The position numbers and the translations under genes were made by a program. A DNA stretch of 64,000 bases, taken from Dicyema japonicum (lineage: Eukaryota > Animalia > Dicyemida). Below the pieces are notes generated by a model. It searched no databases and had not been told where the DNA came from. It saw only the letters and a program-made list of their open reading frames with translations. Shown one piece after another: positions 12,840 through 27,420 of this stretch (the stretch's first letter is position 1; each line of letters starts with the position of its first letter). The stretch spans positions 136,653 through 200,652 of the forward strand of contig RDEW01000064.1 of NCBI GenBank assembly GCA_011109175.1, read 5' to 3'.

Positions 12840-13900
12840 AACTAGTCGAGTCAAGAAAATCCAGACTTAAAAAAATACATTCTTTGATTAGAACCCAATT
12901 AGTGTTAATTTGATATGACATGTCGTAAATTCTTTGATTTTTGATAAGAAATGACAAGTGATGTGATTGACAGGTGAAATGTAACCAGCATGGATGGGTA
13001 ACCCGTGCGGGACGAGACATATTATGATTTAATTAATATCCTGGTTGGACAAATAAATCACAGCTATACTCTCGTCTCTGAAAGAATAGTTTCATTTCAA
13101 AAAACGAGGAGAGAAGGAATCGAATTTGATAGGTGTTAAAGAACGGACGGTTTTCCTCAGATTCATGCAGAACGACGTAAGCATTATAATAATTAATCAT
13201 ATAAGGACTTAAATTAGTAGCTTCACTCACACACGATTACTCTCATAATGAAGAGGATGTTCGAACAGTAGAGAACGATGATGGGATCACTGACTCTATA
13301 AGGAACACCTTCATTTTACTGCGAATACTGCAATATAAGCAAAAGGAACCCATATAATAGAATGTTCTTACCAGAAGGGTAACTCTTTTTGAAAGACTGC
13401 GAAACTGATGAAAACACTCCCTGAGGACGAGGACGTTTATCTTCCCTACCCATAAACAACACAGTAAAACGAAGCACAAAATTAATAAAAACCAACCATA
13501 ACCCCTCTCTAGAACACCAATTGGAGTGATCCTCTATCAAATACTCCAAAACATCACCAAACGGAACTGGATCTTTCTCCACAAACTTACAGGTACACAA
13601 TGACAGCTTGAATCACACAAGTTCAACTTGAAAATGAAATGAGCACCACATCTACGCCACGAACTCCAGCACCCCAATGAATCTCCGTCTTATACGAACC
13701 TGTATCGGCCAAATCATAACTAAAGTGTAGTTCGGAATATAAATCAGTGGGGAAGTTCTCAGAAAGATGATATTCTAGAAATTCTTTTGAATAATTAAAT
13801 CCAAGTTGTTCCGTTGACTCAAATCCTTGAAATCCAGTATAAAAAACACTCCTAGGGGATAGTAACGAAGAAAGCTTTATTTCTACATTCTACCTGACAT
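12840..13900 (-). pseudogene. Putative RhoBTB-like gene remnant (atypical Rho domain plus BTB-like segment)
   Basis: Minus-strand NVEIKL...EFLEYH...SYDLADTG...RGVDVVLISFS and WCSREGLWLVFINFVLRF occur in the same order as RhoBTB NVETIKC/EVLERS/LRLWDTFG/GRSDVVVLCFS/HFCPRTPVILVGCQLDLRY. A later CDL...H...L..C segment is BTB-like. The splice structure was not resolved. Confidence 0.4.
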
Positions 13901-13959
13901 AGTTTCACTAGTGATTGTGCAGGTATCAATTATTTTGCAAAGTGTTCTCAAAAGTTCTC

Positions 13960-14640
13960 ATACAACTAAGTGATCTCAGACCGACAAAGGAGAGGACGTG
14001 TCCGGCAGGGTCGAGAATCCTGAACAGCTCTTCTTATTCGACATGGTATCGGCTTAAAATTTATGTATGATTGTAGATAATTCGACAGTGTATGGAATAG
14101 AGGGCAGCTCGGTAAACTAGCCTCTTTTAAGAGTTTCCGTTGTAATTCGATTAAGAAATTTTCAATGGGCTGAATTTTGTGTTCTGGTCTAATTAACCTT
14201 ATTGCGGTCTCCTCGATTGCGGATAGTTTCAATGAGGAGGATCGTGAAATCTGTATTGCCCACGAAGGACTTGCATACGTCATCGTTGGCCGGATAAATT
14301 GTTCATAAATCGTGCCAAGGGTCCCAGTTCTGTCTCTAAGTGTTTTTGAGAGCATTTTTAAAATTCTCATTTTCTTCAGAGCAGAAGTTACTATGTTCTC
14401 AACATGTCGGATAAAGGTGAGTCCCTGATCAAAGGTGACTTCCAGAATCTTCGGTGTTTTGTTAATAGGAATAGCCTCATTCTTCATAAAGATTTCTGGT
14501 TCGACACAAAGCTGTCTTTTGTAAGTGGTAAACAGTGTGACAGAGGACTTTGTTGCTGATGCGTCGCGTCTCCGCTTCGAGAGCCATAGTTCCAGCTTGT
14601 CAAGCATTTGTTGAGCGGACTAAGTCGCTGATTAAATACT
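13960..14640 (-). mobile_element. I/Jockey-group LINE 3' portion
   Basis: 213-aa ORF: KILEVTFDQGLTFIRHVENIV...IYEQFIRPTMTYASPSW; ends SEIT*. Confidence 0.75.
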
Positions 14641-15539
14641 TCTGTCCGTAGAGGCAAGAATGGTATAGTGGCATAGGAGAGGATCAGACAGTTTTAATTA
14701 AAAGTTTATTAACATAAAAATAAAACTGCAATAAATTAGAGAATGCGACGAGAATTGGTAATTGAATTATGATTCACTAAAAACAATTATAAATTATAAA
14801 ACTTAAATACACTTATTTATAGTTTTTTGCATAAATTATCAATATCTCGTCAAATCGTTGACAACGTCACTTGCATTAATATTTTTAAAATTTTACCGTT
14901 TGTTGTATTTCATATTATGCAGCGTAGAAAAACTTGTTTCGCATAAATTTTTCGTTGAAAATTGTAAAATAATAGACAGTCTTTGTGTAGATAATCTGGG
15001 ATATATGTTACTAACATATATTCAGAATTCTCCAATTTTTACTCCAACACTATTGATTTTATGAATCGATCATTAAACAGTTCAATAAGTTCTTCAATCT
15101 CTTCAACAGATAAGTGTTTTGACTCTGACAGAAAGAATGATTATCAAGTTTTCGCCAATGATATTAGGTTTCAGTTATTTTACTATCAATTGCTTTGGTA
15201 TCAATAAAATCACACTTTTAACACATTTGGCACACCTAAAAAATACCATTGTCAAAATCGAACGTGGACAACAGTCGCACATTACACACAAGTGATTCTC
15301 CTCTCTCAAACTAGCGCCCACGAGGAATGACACAAAACGATCATTTGTCTCACAAAAGCTAGTAATAGGTGTCTTCTTTCTTTATACAATCTTCCGGGTG
15401 TTTTCACGTGATCACGGTTAATCACAAAAGCAAGCACAAATGACACAAAATAAATAAAAATAAATCAGAGATTTAAACAAGTCAAGTCCCTGTGCTGTGT
15501 AGCATCAATTAATCTACTAATATCATCCTTAACTGAATA

Positions 15540-16720
15540 AGGGATATCCCAAGCACATTAAGAGTACGCATAAATCTCCTCAACAGCAAATTTATGTTCC
15601 ATACTCTACAATAACAAAAATATTACAATGAGCCAAATCCACGTGTTAACATGGCACACCAGAGTGAAATTATCTTCCACCAGTTTACTCATCACGACAA
15701 AAAATCTCTGCAACACACGATAAGAAGCGGATGGAAGCATAGTCAATGCCACTTGCAAAGCGGAGAGATTCTTAGCCAACAAACAGGCCTTAATGACGCA
15801 CCCACAGGCAGAGGGTATAACCTCCTCAAACACCAGCATTCTATAGTAATTGGCAATAAAGGAGAACATAGTCTCAATCATCTCAAAGCTCAGATTAAGG
15901 ACATCTACAAAATAACCAGTCAATACTACTTTTAATCAACTCCCAATAATTGGCATCCAACAATCGGGGGAGACTGGTGTCACAGTAATCATTGACTCCT
16001 TTAATAACCCCCATTTGTTGGCAATTGTCAATATAATGCATATTGTCCATCATTTTACGTCAATCCACTACCTCTTCTATGATATTCAGAGAATTTGTTA
16101 GTACTTGATCATCACCTCCCTTCAGTTCCTTCCACAGACTACAATGAGTACATAAAGTACAAGTCCACACAAACGTCCCCATATAATAGCTCAATTTGCC
16201 TGGGGGTGAGTACTGCACAGTTAATCTGATTTTTTGTGGGCACGGAGAGTGTCATCATTGAAACTATCAAATCTTCGGTCTGGTTGCTGAGAGTACTGAT
16301 ATTCCTCTCACATCCGAAACTGGAATATATAAAGAATTTCGCCTGTAGAGAGTATCCCCATCTGAAAAGGGAGCACAGTAAGATTTATTGACGGGTACTA
16401 TGATTCCACATTGGAGGTACTTTTCTAGTAGTTTGACCACCTTTGAACTGTGGAATGAGAATTGACTAAACCGAGGGAATCAACGTCTGTAGAATGGACA
16501 CTCGAAAATCATAAAGTGATGGAGATGGTGAACAGCATCATTCCCATTAAAACAGTTTAAATAGATCTTCCATTTGCTCCTGTATATTCTCAGCGGTAGT
16601 GTTGTCTTTAGTTTTGCCACCAATGACAATCACTATGCTTTAATTTATAATAGAAACAATTTTTGTAGCTATTTGACTATTATTTCAATGTCTTGTAAAA
16701 TCCATACGTATAATCGCCGG
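15540..16720 (-). pseudogene. DEPDC1/DEPDC7-like gene (DEP domain plus RhoGAP-like domain) with in-frame stops
   Basis: ATKI|*LSLVAKLKTTLPLRIYRSKWKIYLNCFNGNDAV...VKLLEKYLQCGII...DTLYR (DEP domain; TGA at the W of ATKLW); MFSFIANYY; ALQVALTMLPSASYRVLQRFFVVM (RhoGAP-like). Confidence 0.65.
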
Positions 16721-17399
16721 CAATTTATTTATAATTTAAATTTAATTTTTTAAATATTTTTTTAATAATTTTATTTAATATTAATTTGTCAATCTATTTT
16801 TTTTAAACTTAGAACTTATTCCTTGGTGGCTAATTCGTACAGGGATTTTAGGGATTTGCCTAGCGCCAGTTCGTAAACAGCCATAGGTTCGGTAAGGAAA
16901 GAGAAGTATTTCTTTAGAGCAGTGGTTCCCAAATAGAAAGGCCGTAGATAACCTTCGACCAGGAAGAATTGAACTCACGGATAATTGGTTTTATGTATTT
17001 TTAAAATCATTTGTGCTTTTTTGTGAACTGTCCCTTCATTATAAAGTTTTTTAGTTCTGTCCATTTAACAACCCCCCTATTGACGGATTATTTAAAACAG
17101 TCGATATTGAAAATCAATTATTTTTGAAAAAATGAATGCCTAAATTAACTTTATATAAGTGAAGCCTCTGACACGTGATCATACAATTTTGGCCGGACTG
17201 ATTTGAACACAGATACTTTGCAATTTCACACTCTTTGTTGAGTTCATAAATTTTGGTTTCTGATGTCTCTCATATTCGCCACCTCGTCTTGCAGACTTGT
17301 GCCTGCAGCAGCGGGTTACGAGAGATGAACAGTTTTAAAGAATCTCGAAGGGAATAGTTTTCAAAGTAGACGACTACATCTAAAATTCAAAATTAGCAA

Positions 17400-17590
17400 A
17401 ACAGGAAGTTTTTTAAAGAATTTGTGAAAAAACCGGAATCCTAATGACATTTCCGAAATTCTCAAAAGCATCTCGTACATACAGGAAGTGCATTGGTTTC
17501 CGGGACGAGCAGAGAGCATAGATGGGGCCGGGATCATTGAGGGCCATGTATTTCCTTTTAATTTGTTGGTGATTTTTCGTTCAAATAAAT
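17400..17590 (+). mobile_element. LINE 3' tip with stem-loop
   Basis: Homologous to 2460-2580; stem GGGATCATT/GGTGATTTT (17530-17576), tail AAATAAATAAA. Confidence 0.45.
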
Positions 17591-19574
17591 AAACTGATTA
17601 GAATCTTTATCATAGGTATTGCCGACAACAATGGTCTTACTGAGCGTTTTGAAAAAAAATTTTCGTTTCAAAGTTGAGTCGCGTCGTAAGACGATCCTGA
17701 CTTTGTTAGCGACACCTTTACGCATTCTCTCGTACGCTCTAGAAATTTCGGAACCGATTGTGATGAAACAGAAGCGATCTCCGAGGGCGAGAGTTTCTTC
17801 AACATCTACCTTTAATAAAACGATTTTTTAATTTCTAAAAAATATAAATTTGTAAGCAATTCTCGTGATAAAGTGCATTCTTTTTTACTATTTGTATTGA
17901 AAGTGCTCTAACATTCATATCTTTTCTCGACTGTTTTTTCCATTACTTTTTGCTATTAACGAAGGATGAGCTTAATCGAAGTGTTCTCTTAAGGTTGCGT
18001 ATTTTTTCCTCTAGCGAATTAGGTTCATCGTGTCACTTAGCCTAAATAATTGAATACTTCTCTTCCTCTAGTAGGAGAAGCTCAATGGCTGGCCAGAATT
18101 CAAAAGGATTCTTTCATCCAAATAGAGACTGTTCACCTTGCTCAGGAGACCCCTAATGCCTGGTTGAATTCAAAAGGATTCTTCTTTTTATCAAACTGGA
18201 GACTATTTCGCTCCCTGGAGACGTGTTCTGGTTTTAACCATATAGCTGAGGCTCAAATGGAACTCGTCAAGAAAAAACTCACTAACTAGGTGATCTCAGC
18301 GTCTAACATTTCACAAACTCTCCATAAATGTTGCACTCGCGACTCAACTGCAATCCGAATCTCGATCTTGTTATAAATTTACATAACTCATAATTTGCCT
18401 TTAATTATAAAAATATTATAAATTGAATAAATAATATTTTTAGACTGGTTAACCAATTATTATAACACGCGCACATGCAATTAGAATGATTTTCTAGTAG
18501 TGCAGATATATATACTTCTTCCGATTTTTTTGTTATTGATTTCGATCTGGTTGTTATCAAAATGATAAAGATTCAACTATTTCGGTAACTTCAATCAAGC
18601 AGTATTGCTTCAATAACAACAATTCCCCCTTATTTTATTTTTTTCACATGCAGTTCACTATCGAATTATTTTTATACTCCAAGTACAAATTTATTTTTAT
18701 AAAAACAATGTTAACACATCAATGGAAGGAATTCATGAGACCTAATCCATTTTTGTCCCACGTTTTACCCTCGCGGACATCACTTCATTCTTTAGCGGAA
18801 TAGTTTTCATAATGCAATCTTCATCAGAGGATTTGGTCAGGGAGAAATGTAGGAAGATCCTTTTTAACAACTGTGTCGTGCCTGAAGGACTCGTTGTCTC
18901 ACGGGTGGGATCTGTTTGACAAGAATTGACCTTCGCTGAAAACTCTATCTTTCGGATTTGAACCCACGACATTTCCATTTTGAATAATCCCGTACAGGCT
19001 ATTGCTCCATACTTATGTGAGATATCCACCGAATGCTGTTCTTTTATAATCTGTGTGTTCATTCTTTAGATTTTATTTTTTGACCATATGTTGCAATAAA
19101 CATTGGAGGTGGTTTATTAAACGATTCAGAGGCATCTCTTAACCACGTATATTCCGAAGGAGTTAATATTTAACAAATACTTAATGTGCCCTATTACAAT
19201 GATTGTATATATGGATTAATTTCCGACGTATTGACTCATTACATAATATTAATTTCCAATTGAAATACTAAAAACGTCATTTAGCATGGATAAACCAAAT
19301 AATATTGCGTTAAATGTGGAAATAATATTATCTTACTCGGAAATATACAAGTGTCTTCCAATTGATCACTTGCATTAAGACTCATCGTTGTAATTTTATT
19401 ATTTATTTAACCCCAAGACCACCAGGAAACATAGGATTTTAATTTAAATTTTGTTTAATAAATTGTTTTATATTAATTTATTATAGAAAACTAATGTATT
19501 AAAATGCACTATATAAACAATTCATTGAACCATGAATCTCTTATGCATGTGGTATATAGCGCACATTCATCTCT

Positions 19575-19820
19575 TGGACAAATGTCTTGAAGATCGAGGA
19601 TATCCGAAAAAGAGTTCCCAAAATCATGGAACGCTGGATTTCTGGAGAGTTCCAGCCATCAATGCCTCTTGAAGCCTTGATACGAATGAACTATGGAACC
19701 CGCCGTCGTGACTGCGAAGGTCTAGTCACTCGACCGATACGCGCTTGTGTGGGGTCGAGGGAGCATCGAGCCAAGATGCGGTTCCTGCTAGAGCGTGCTG
19801 GGTTCATGTGATTAGTTAGT
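19575..19820 (+). mobile_element. LINE 3' remnant
   Basis: ORF ending RACVGSREHRAKMRFLLERAGFM*, homologous to 2600-2890 and 24450-24580. Confidence 0.55.
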
Positions 19821-20099
19821 AAGATCTAAATCTATGTAATAACGCGGAACGAAGTTCAAGCTGTATTATCACGTTATCCATTCCGAAATAACATGTAATA
19901 ACTATATATTTCCCCCTCTATGCATTTGGGGACAATTGATCAGTAGGCTAGTTGTCCCTTTGCCTTATCAGAATTTCCATTAATAAATTTTGCGACCAAT
20001 CTACCAAAATGTCTTATCCTCCATAAAATTGAATTTTATCAACCAGACATAGAATTCAAATATATTGAACTAGAAAAACATCGTCATAGTCATAATGAA

Positions 20100-20690
20100 A
20101 AAACTCAGGTGATCCCAGCCTACCTCAGCAGTCTTTGCAAGATTGGACTTGAAGGAAATGCCGTCCAAGGAGAATTTCTTTGGATGGTTGTTGACTAATG
20201 GGACTTTTTTTAGTAACAATAACAATTTTTTAACAAAGAAGTTGAGGAGTTTTCTCGAGGGTATTACTTACGAGTCCTACCATAAGGCATAGACTCCACA
20301 CCAAGACCCTTCCGCTTTTTTAAAATTTTTTTTTCAGAACGTTTTGCCCAGTTTTAATTTGTGTCCTGGATCCTTGATTTCCTCCTGAAAGCATAGATCC
20401 GACCCTCCACAATCCTATAATCAGTTCTAAAGCTTGTCTTCGTACTCTTCGGCAGTCTATCAGTTTTTTGATTAAGGAGACTTACTGGCCGGTCGCCTTG
20501 TCTGCTCTAGAAGCGATAAGATCTTCTCCCTCTTGTGAGCCAAGAACCACCCTTCGACCCATAAAGTAGGCTAGGGAGAATAGCTCCCTTGAAGATGAAC
20601 GGCTGACTTGTAACTTTCGTGTACTTCCTTCTTTCCCTTTCGTCGTCCATGTAATATCCTGCGTGTCCATAGTTGACCCCCAGATAGCTC
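20100..20690 (-). mobile_element. LINE 3' remnant
   Basis: Ends GCTGGGATCACCTGA (AGIT*), like the other family members; otherwise degenerate. Confidence 0.4.
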
Positions 20691-23600
20691 AGACTCGTGC
20701 ATTGTTTACTCTCAAAGTGTATTATCGTTTTAGGTATTTTTTCATATTATTTATTTGGATTTCACATGATTTTTCAGCAGAGGGCCCACACACTAACAAT
20801 TCATGCTCAGTAGAGTCAAAAGGGAAGAGGATGAACAGAAACAAACAAAAAATCTTCAATTCAAGTAGCCACATAAATCGACTCTATCATTGGCGGCACG
20901 TGGCATAGTTGAGTATTAAAATACATAGGATTTCCAAAATCAAGCATCATTGCTCTGAATAAATTTCACACATTTTAATTTTAAAATATTAACTGATGTG
21001 AATTGATTAAGTCCGTCTCAAATAATTCGTCTCCTCTTAGAGCCAGGCCTACCCCTACATTAAGGCTCTTTGTACTAAATAGTTTGGCTCGTCATGGAAT
21101 GAGTATTTAATTCCTTAATTTCATCGTTCAAACGTCAAATAAGCAGCATCCCCCAATCGGTTGGATGTTTTCAAATCCATGGCATCGGGAATTCACTCGA
21201 CAATGAGAATCTTTGTATTGGCAATTCATATCGCTTTGGCTTGGGTGTTCATGAGTTACACCGATGGTTCTTGGAAGATGATTGATAGAAAAGAGTCTTT
21301 CGAGGATTTTTCTATTTCAGTCTTAAAATTATCTTCAGCATTTTTGTAGAGGTCAGAGGGTTTGTTTCAGACATTACAGCTAATTAATGCGGCAATGGAA
21401 GATAACCTTATTGAAAGATCAAGGAACATCTTTAATCATTGGGACAACTCCCACGTCTCATTTATTGAGTCCATTTGTTTAGTATAACAAGGTGTTAGAC
21501 CTCTGAGTCGACAGAAGTAATTTCAGTGCTTACACTCTTATTAATATGTATGTCCCCCTTTTCTTTCTGCCAAATGTTTTCTTTCTGAAATTTCTACTCA
21601 ACTCAAATAACCCTATCATTTACAATGAACTCAATTTTTCTGACTCACAATGATATTTGGTTCAGTTCTCAGATACCAGAGAAGGATATACTTCATGTAG
21701 TCAAGCTTTAGGACAGTATTTACAATGAACTCAATTTTTCTGACTCACAATGATATTTGGTTCAGTTCTCAGATACCAGAGAAGGATATACTTCATGTAG
21801 TCAAGCTTTAGGACAGTGTACTGAGTAGTGCAAGTGAAATTTATGAAGAATGATGAGAGTTACCACAATTCCACTATGAGAGCTGACCAGTAAGTGATCT
21901 GTAAATTTAGATATGGCTCATACTCTAAAATTTTGCAAAAAATCAATATTTTCTTTAGTCAAAAGTCCAGTTTTTTTCATAGTCGCAAGCTGAACCACAA
22001 TGTGATTCTTATTGATATTTTTATTGCCTCAGAGAAAGTATAATTTACATAAAACCCAAAAGCTACAAATATTTTATCTAAAATTTGATTTTATCAGTTA
22101 AATTGGAAAAATCAACAAAAATGGGAGAGTAAAGACCAAGTCTAGATGTTAGTAGTATAATTAACAACTATCCATTTGTTGAATCCCATAATTAGAAGAC
22201 CGATTGGGATTAATGAGATCAGAGATAATTTTTGACTTGAACTTTGACCGGCTTGACGAGTGGCGCCGTCATCAGTGGATACTCACTGCGGAACTGGATT
22301 GTCTAGAAAGGACCCACACACAAGAAAAAGAAAAAAAGAAGTGAAGATCATTCCTTGGCTCTACGATTAGTTAAAATTAACTGTTCTATACTTAAATAAA
22401 GTGTGTATCCTGCTTATGCAGAGCTATAGATATTATGGCTCTCGTGAAAAGGCTGTTATTATTATAAAAAACTATATTGGGAACATGGTTTTCCTGTTTT
22501 ATGAGGATTACCTGTATAATTGTGTGGACTAAAGTAAATACAGATAAAATTCTATGGACGGTAATTGCAGTAAGCAAAATACGAGTGAATATAAACCAAG
22601 TGAGCCACAGAAATTTTTAGCACATCCTAATTCATAGGTATCAGCCCAAACAACCAACATATTATAGAAATAAAACAAATTTGAGTATTAAAATCATAAT
22701 ATTCTTTTTTGTAAAATTCCATTACAAACTCTGTGAGGGTATTGCTGTCTCTAGTCGTATTAACAGATAACTTTTAGAAATTGTAGAGAAGTATTGTCCA
22801 TTTGTGACGGTTGGTAATAAACATTTCTCGCTTGATTTTCAGCTTCTTTTTCAAGTGCATCACTCCAAACCTTGATAACTTTATATTTAACAACCATTTT
22901 TCTCATATTGCTAGCAACAGGTCTAGCATCGATCTGAAATAATTATGAGGATCCAAAAGTTCCTTTTTTTCGTCATCAGTAAATGATTGTCGCACTAAGA
23001 TGTATTTAATGTATCAACTCATTTTAACTGAAAGAAATAACAATAATTTAATCATTGTATTGGTTATTTAATTTTGAACTTTATAAATGATTAGGAAATT
23101 AATTTTTGCTGGTTTAATTATTTACGTTTTTTACATAAATAAGAAAATCATCTTTGGTGTTGCGTCATGTGATCCACTTGTCTTAAGTGGTCCCAAGTGA
23201 CAGGCTGGAGTTATAAAGGATCAGTTGCTCTACTACACATTTCTCACACGCCACTTTAGAGGTTTTCACAATTGAAAGGAATGGAAGTCTTTACATGCTC
23301 GTTCTGGATGAATTGTGTTTTAAAATGAGATTTTGGAGATTAATTACGATATGAGTAGACGATCCGGTTCCGCAATGAAGAGTTCACTGCTGATGACGTC
23401 ACTCGTCAAGCCAAATGGATGAATTGTGTTTTAAAATGAGATTTTGGAGATTAATTACGATATGAGTAGACGATCCGGTTCCGCAATGAAGAGTTCACTG
23501 CTGATGACGTCACTCGTCAAGCCAAAGCATCATAGATGTGTGGAACCTTCAGTTGGAATGAACAGAGACAAGATTCGAACTAGGAGCCATCGAGCCTTTT

Positions 23601-23799
23601 TCCCGGTCCAAGTTATGTTATCCATTAAATTGAAATCCAATTCTCGGAATGTACAACTGAAGCACTTTTTGAGAAATTTTTTTATTTTAAAACCAAGAAT
23701 CACCGACAAAATAAAATAAGAGAGTGGAGACCGTCAGGTGATCCCGGCCTCCTTATATTAGGAAATAAATGTACATTATTAAAATTAAATAATGCCGTA

Positions 23800-24615
23800 A
23801 TTTTACTTTAATTATTTAAATATTATCACCGTCCACACGTAAACAGCATGTAGAACTCCATCTAGCTTTTTCCAGTTTATGACGCTTTCTGGAAACAGGC
23901 TCGTGGTGAATGCAGAGAAGTCGTCTACGTCACTATTTACCTCGGACAAAAGATTGGGAAGGAAGACAGTCACCTTGAAGTTAAACAAGGTCGGCATCCC
24001 TTTCCACAGATGTCAAAGGATCTTGGGTGTCTACGTCACTATTTACCTCGGACAAAAGATTGGGAAGGAAGACAGTCACCTTGAAGTTAAACAAGGTCGG
24101 CATCCCTTTCAACAGATGTCAAAGGATCTTGGGTGTGACAATTGATATGCATCTCTGTTTGACACCACACGTAGAAAACATTCTATTGAAATGCGAGAAG
24201 AAACTGAACGTATTGAAAAGTTTATCGGGAATATGGAAGAGTGGTACTCACCCAGTTTTGATGAACGTGTACAAACAGTACATCGAGCCATGTTTCTCAT
24301 ATGCATGCGCCTCGTGGGACCGTCCATATCTTGGACAAATATGAGGAAAATTGAGGAAATACAAAAGAGGGCTTACAGAGTACGGAGCGTTGGATTTGTG
24401 AAGATCATCGACCCGGACCTACGCCTCTGGAGGCCCTTATGAGACTAGACTCCAGATCTCGGGAAGTTTGCCCTGAAAATTCAGGCAGCCGTCCTGTACG
24501 TTCATGCGCGGGCACGAAGGAAGAACACCGGGAAAAGATTAGGTCTCTGTTAGAATCATCGGGATCAAGTGATAATTAGTTTTGTTTTACCGTGGTCTTG
24601 GGTTAAATAAATAAA
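23800..24615 (+). mobile_element. I/Jockey-group LINE 3' portion with an internal about 102-bp duplication
   Basis: RILGVTIDMHLCLTPHVENILLKCEKKLNVLKSL...VYKQYIEPCFSYACASW; stem GGGATCA/TGGTCTT (24561-24599), tail GGGTTAAATAAATAAAA. Confidence 0.7.
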
Positions 24616-26344
24616 AATTAATAAAAATGACGTTTTTCTGGCTCTAAAAAAACCATTTTCAGTGAAAACTCAATTTTGGTAGTATTTTATACCGAAAAAT
24701 ACTAAAATGTACACAAGAGAAAATTTGCAATTAATAATATTTAAAAATTTATTAAAAATTAAAAAAAGTTAATATAAAATCGGACATAAAAAAGCTTATT
24801 TTAAACATTTCTTTAAAAAAACAAGAAGTACCTTGAAAGCACTGGGGATGCGACAAGAGTCGCATGGCTCAAAACGGCAAACTGCCATTCAAAAGGTCCC
24901 TGGCTGAACGCCTATCCTTATCCCGAGATTGACACCCGCTGGATGATGAGGCAGCTAAGATCGTGTACCAATGCATGCCTGTCTAAACTTGAAATTGAAA
25001 AAACCATTTTCCTCTGATTAGCACCTCTACATTTTATAGTCGACTGGTCTCATACTAGTCTATAACAAAAGCCGTGATGGGATGACAACATTCCCTTTGG
25101 CTAAATCTCGGAACCTGGTTTTAAAAACTGCATGTGTTGATAATTCTCTCCGAAAATTTTATCCGCTTCAGTCTCGGACCCAAGTTATGTTTCTAAGCAA
25201 ACCGAAGATCAGAAGAGAAGGAAATATGGAAGCATTCACTTGTTTGTCTAAATTTTTATTGAAACGTCAAGAATCCTTGGCCCACAAACAGGTGACCTAG
25301 TTCATCTGATCGGTTCATAATCTAAAGTATCCTAAGAATCCACGTGATACTTGATGGCTTAGAAAGCGTATCTCGATAGTAATCGTCAGAGGAAACAGCA
25401 TGACCATCAAAGCTCCCTAAATTAAGTGCTCTTTAAAAATTTTTTAATTTTTTTTAAAAAATAACTCTCAATATAAAAAAATCAATCTAAAAGTGCAAAA
25501 TACAACTCTAACCATATAAAAGTCTCACCTCATCCCTAAGTTGTGTATAATCTCAGCCCTAACTTCGTCTAAACGAGTCGATGATTTAAATCGCAATCCA
25601 TCGCAGAATTGCTAAATTTCCTGACTGAAATGCGTTAACAATTTCAAAATTTTTTTTCAAAATTCATGAAATAATATTTCACTGCTTCAAACCAACTTCC
25701 CCATCTGCATAAATTAAGCAAAATTTACCACATCAGGTGAATATCCAACATCCTTCAACAAACTACGACGTTGTCGGGTTTTTACTGTGGCACTTTAATG
25801 CTTGCAATTAAGCCATTTATTTCCGGATATGCACACTTTATACGCAAAATCGTATTGTGTGACAAATGAGAAACACACGTCACATGGTGCATGTTGTTAT
25901 GACCATTAATGCTTTACCACCTATTTATTTAGATAAATTTATATCACCAGAAATCATATAAGGAGCGGCATCTGAAATTACTAGATGAAAAGTGTCACAA
26001 TAATCTTCATTTCTCTAATGACGTCATCTATTTATTGGCAATAAGCGAATGCTCCCAATTAGAATCACTAAAAAACCTTTCCTGCTTAACATGACATTAC
26101 GGAATAAGCGTTTCCGTGGACAACTGAGATCCCAATTCGTTGCCTCAGTCAGACCGCTTCTCGCACGTCTTTCTTACGGTGGGCCAATTTCCCCCGATTT
26201 CCTTTAGGAAAGAGGCTGTAATACTTCCGGCCGCACCAGATTGTTAAATTATTTTATTATCATTTTATGGGCGACATTAAAATCATTTTTTAAATGCAAT
26301 TTAAATCAAATTTTTTTAATAAAAAAAATTGTTTAGTATATTAA

Positions 26345-26640
26345 AAATTAAATTAAGGCATCTGAATGGCCATGCTATTTCCCCTAACAATAGCGAACGA
26401 GATACGTTCTCGGAACCAACCAGTGTCTCGCGGATCCTTGGTCACAGCTTGAATCATGGAGCCGATCTTACGAACCAACTCATCTGCTTGGGGGCCAAGG
26501 ATTCCTGACGTTTCCACCGCGAATGGAACAAATATATACTCCTCCAAAATTCTCTGGTATTTCCTTCTCTTTCGTTCCTCGGCCTGCTTCGAAGCATGTC
26601 CTGGGTCTGAAGCAGAAGCAACCAAATTAGACGGGGAATT
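26345..26640 (-). mobile_element. CRE-like 3' end
   Basis: ASASDPGHASKQAEERKRRKY...FVPFAVETSG...RERISFAIVRGNSMAIQMP*. Confidence 0.8.
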
Positions 26641-26859
26641 AGAATTTAAAAAAATTAGCACTTAAATTTAAAAATAGCACTTATAGCATTTATAATGCAT
26701 GTTTATTTTTAACAAAATTAAAAAATAATTATTCCAAATTTAATTTTATATTAAAATAAGTATAAAAATAACATTTTAGCACTTAAATTGGCCTAGTCAT
26801 CATTATTGATGACTAATTGTTAGGACGGAAATAATAGGACATTTTTTAGGACATTTTAA

Positions 26860-27420
26860 AAACAAAATGCTACATTAGCATGAAATATTTTTTTCAATAT
26901 TGTTTACATTGAAATTTCTATCTTTAGACATCTGTTTTTTCAAAAGGGAGAAAGATTGCTCCTCTGCAATTGAAGTAGCGGGATAGTTTAGAAGGTTGCA
27001 AAATGTAATTGGATTTATTAATTTGTTATTCATTTTAACAACATCCATTAAATCATTTTACCTTCAATTGAATGCCGTGAGTTTTGTAATTTTTCCAAAT
27101 TAGATTTTAGCATTTATATTTCGCAATTTCAAAAAGTTCATGAAACAAATTTTCATTCATTATTGATTGCTTCACAATTGCAACTATAATCCTATCGTTT
27201 TCAAAATTGTTTACTATGTCTTTTATTGTAACGAGATTTTCGGAATAATAAAATGACGTTTCTAAGAAACTTCCCCATCTTGTGATAATTACATCTGGAG
27301 GTAATTTAATTCCATCAAAAATAGATCTGCGCTTTATTGATTTCGAAAAAGAAATTTTTTCAAAAGTCATTAACTGCAAGATATTTTGACATTGTTTTCA
27401 TTTACAACTTTGTAGCAAAT
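26860..27420 (-). mobile_element. hAT-like transposase remnant
   Basis: KLPPDVIITRWGSFLETSFYYSEN motif, followed by a degenerate dimerisation-domain-like segment. Confidence 0.55.

Noticed and set aside
22250-23530. Hammerhead-like CTGATGA with small hairpins, in repeats at about 22270 (minus), 23389 and 23499
   Set aside because: No GAAA core follows stem II and no stem I/III closure is evident. More likely a coding remnant of a retroelement.
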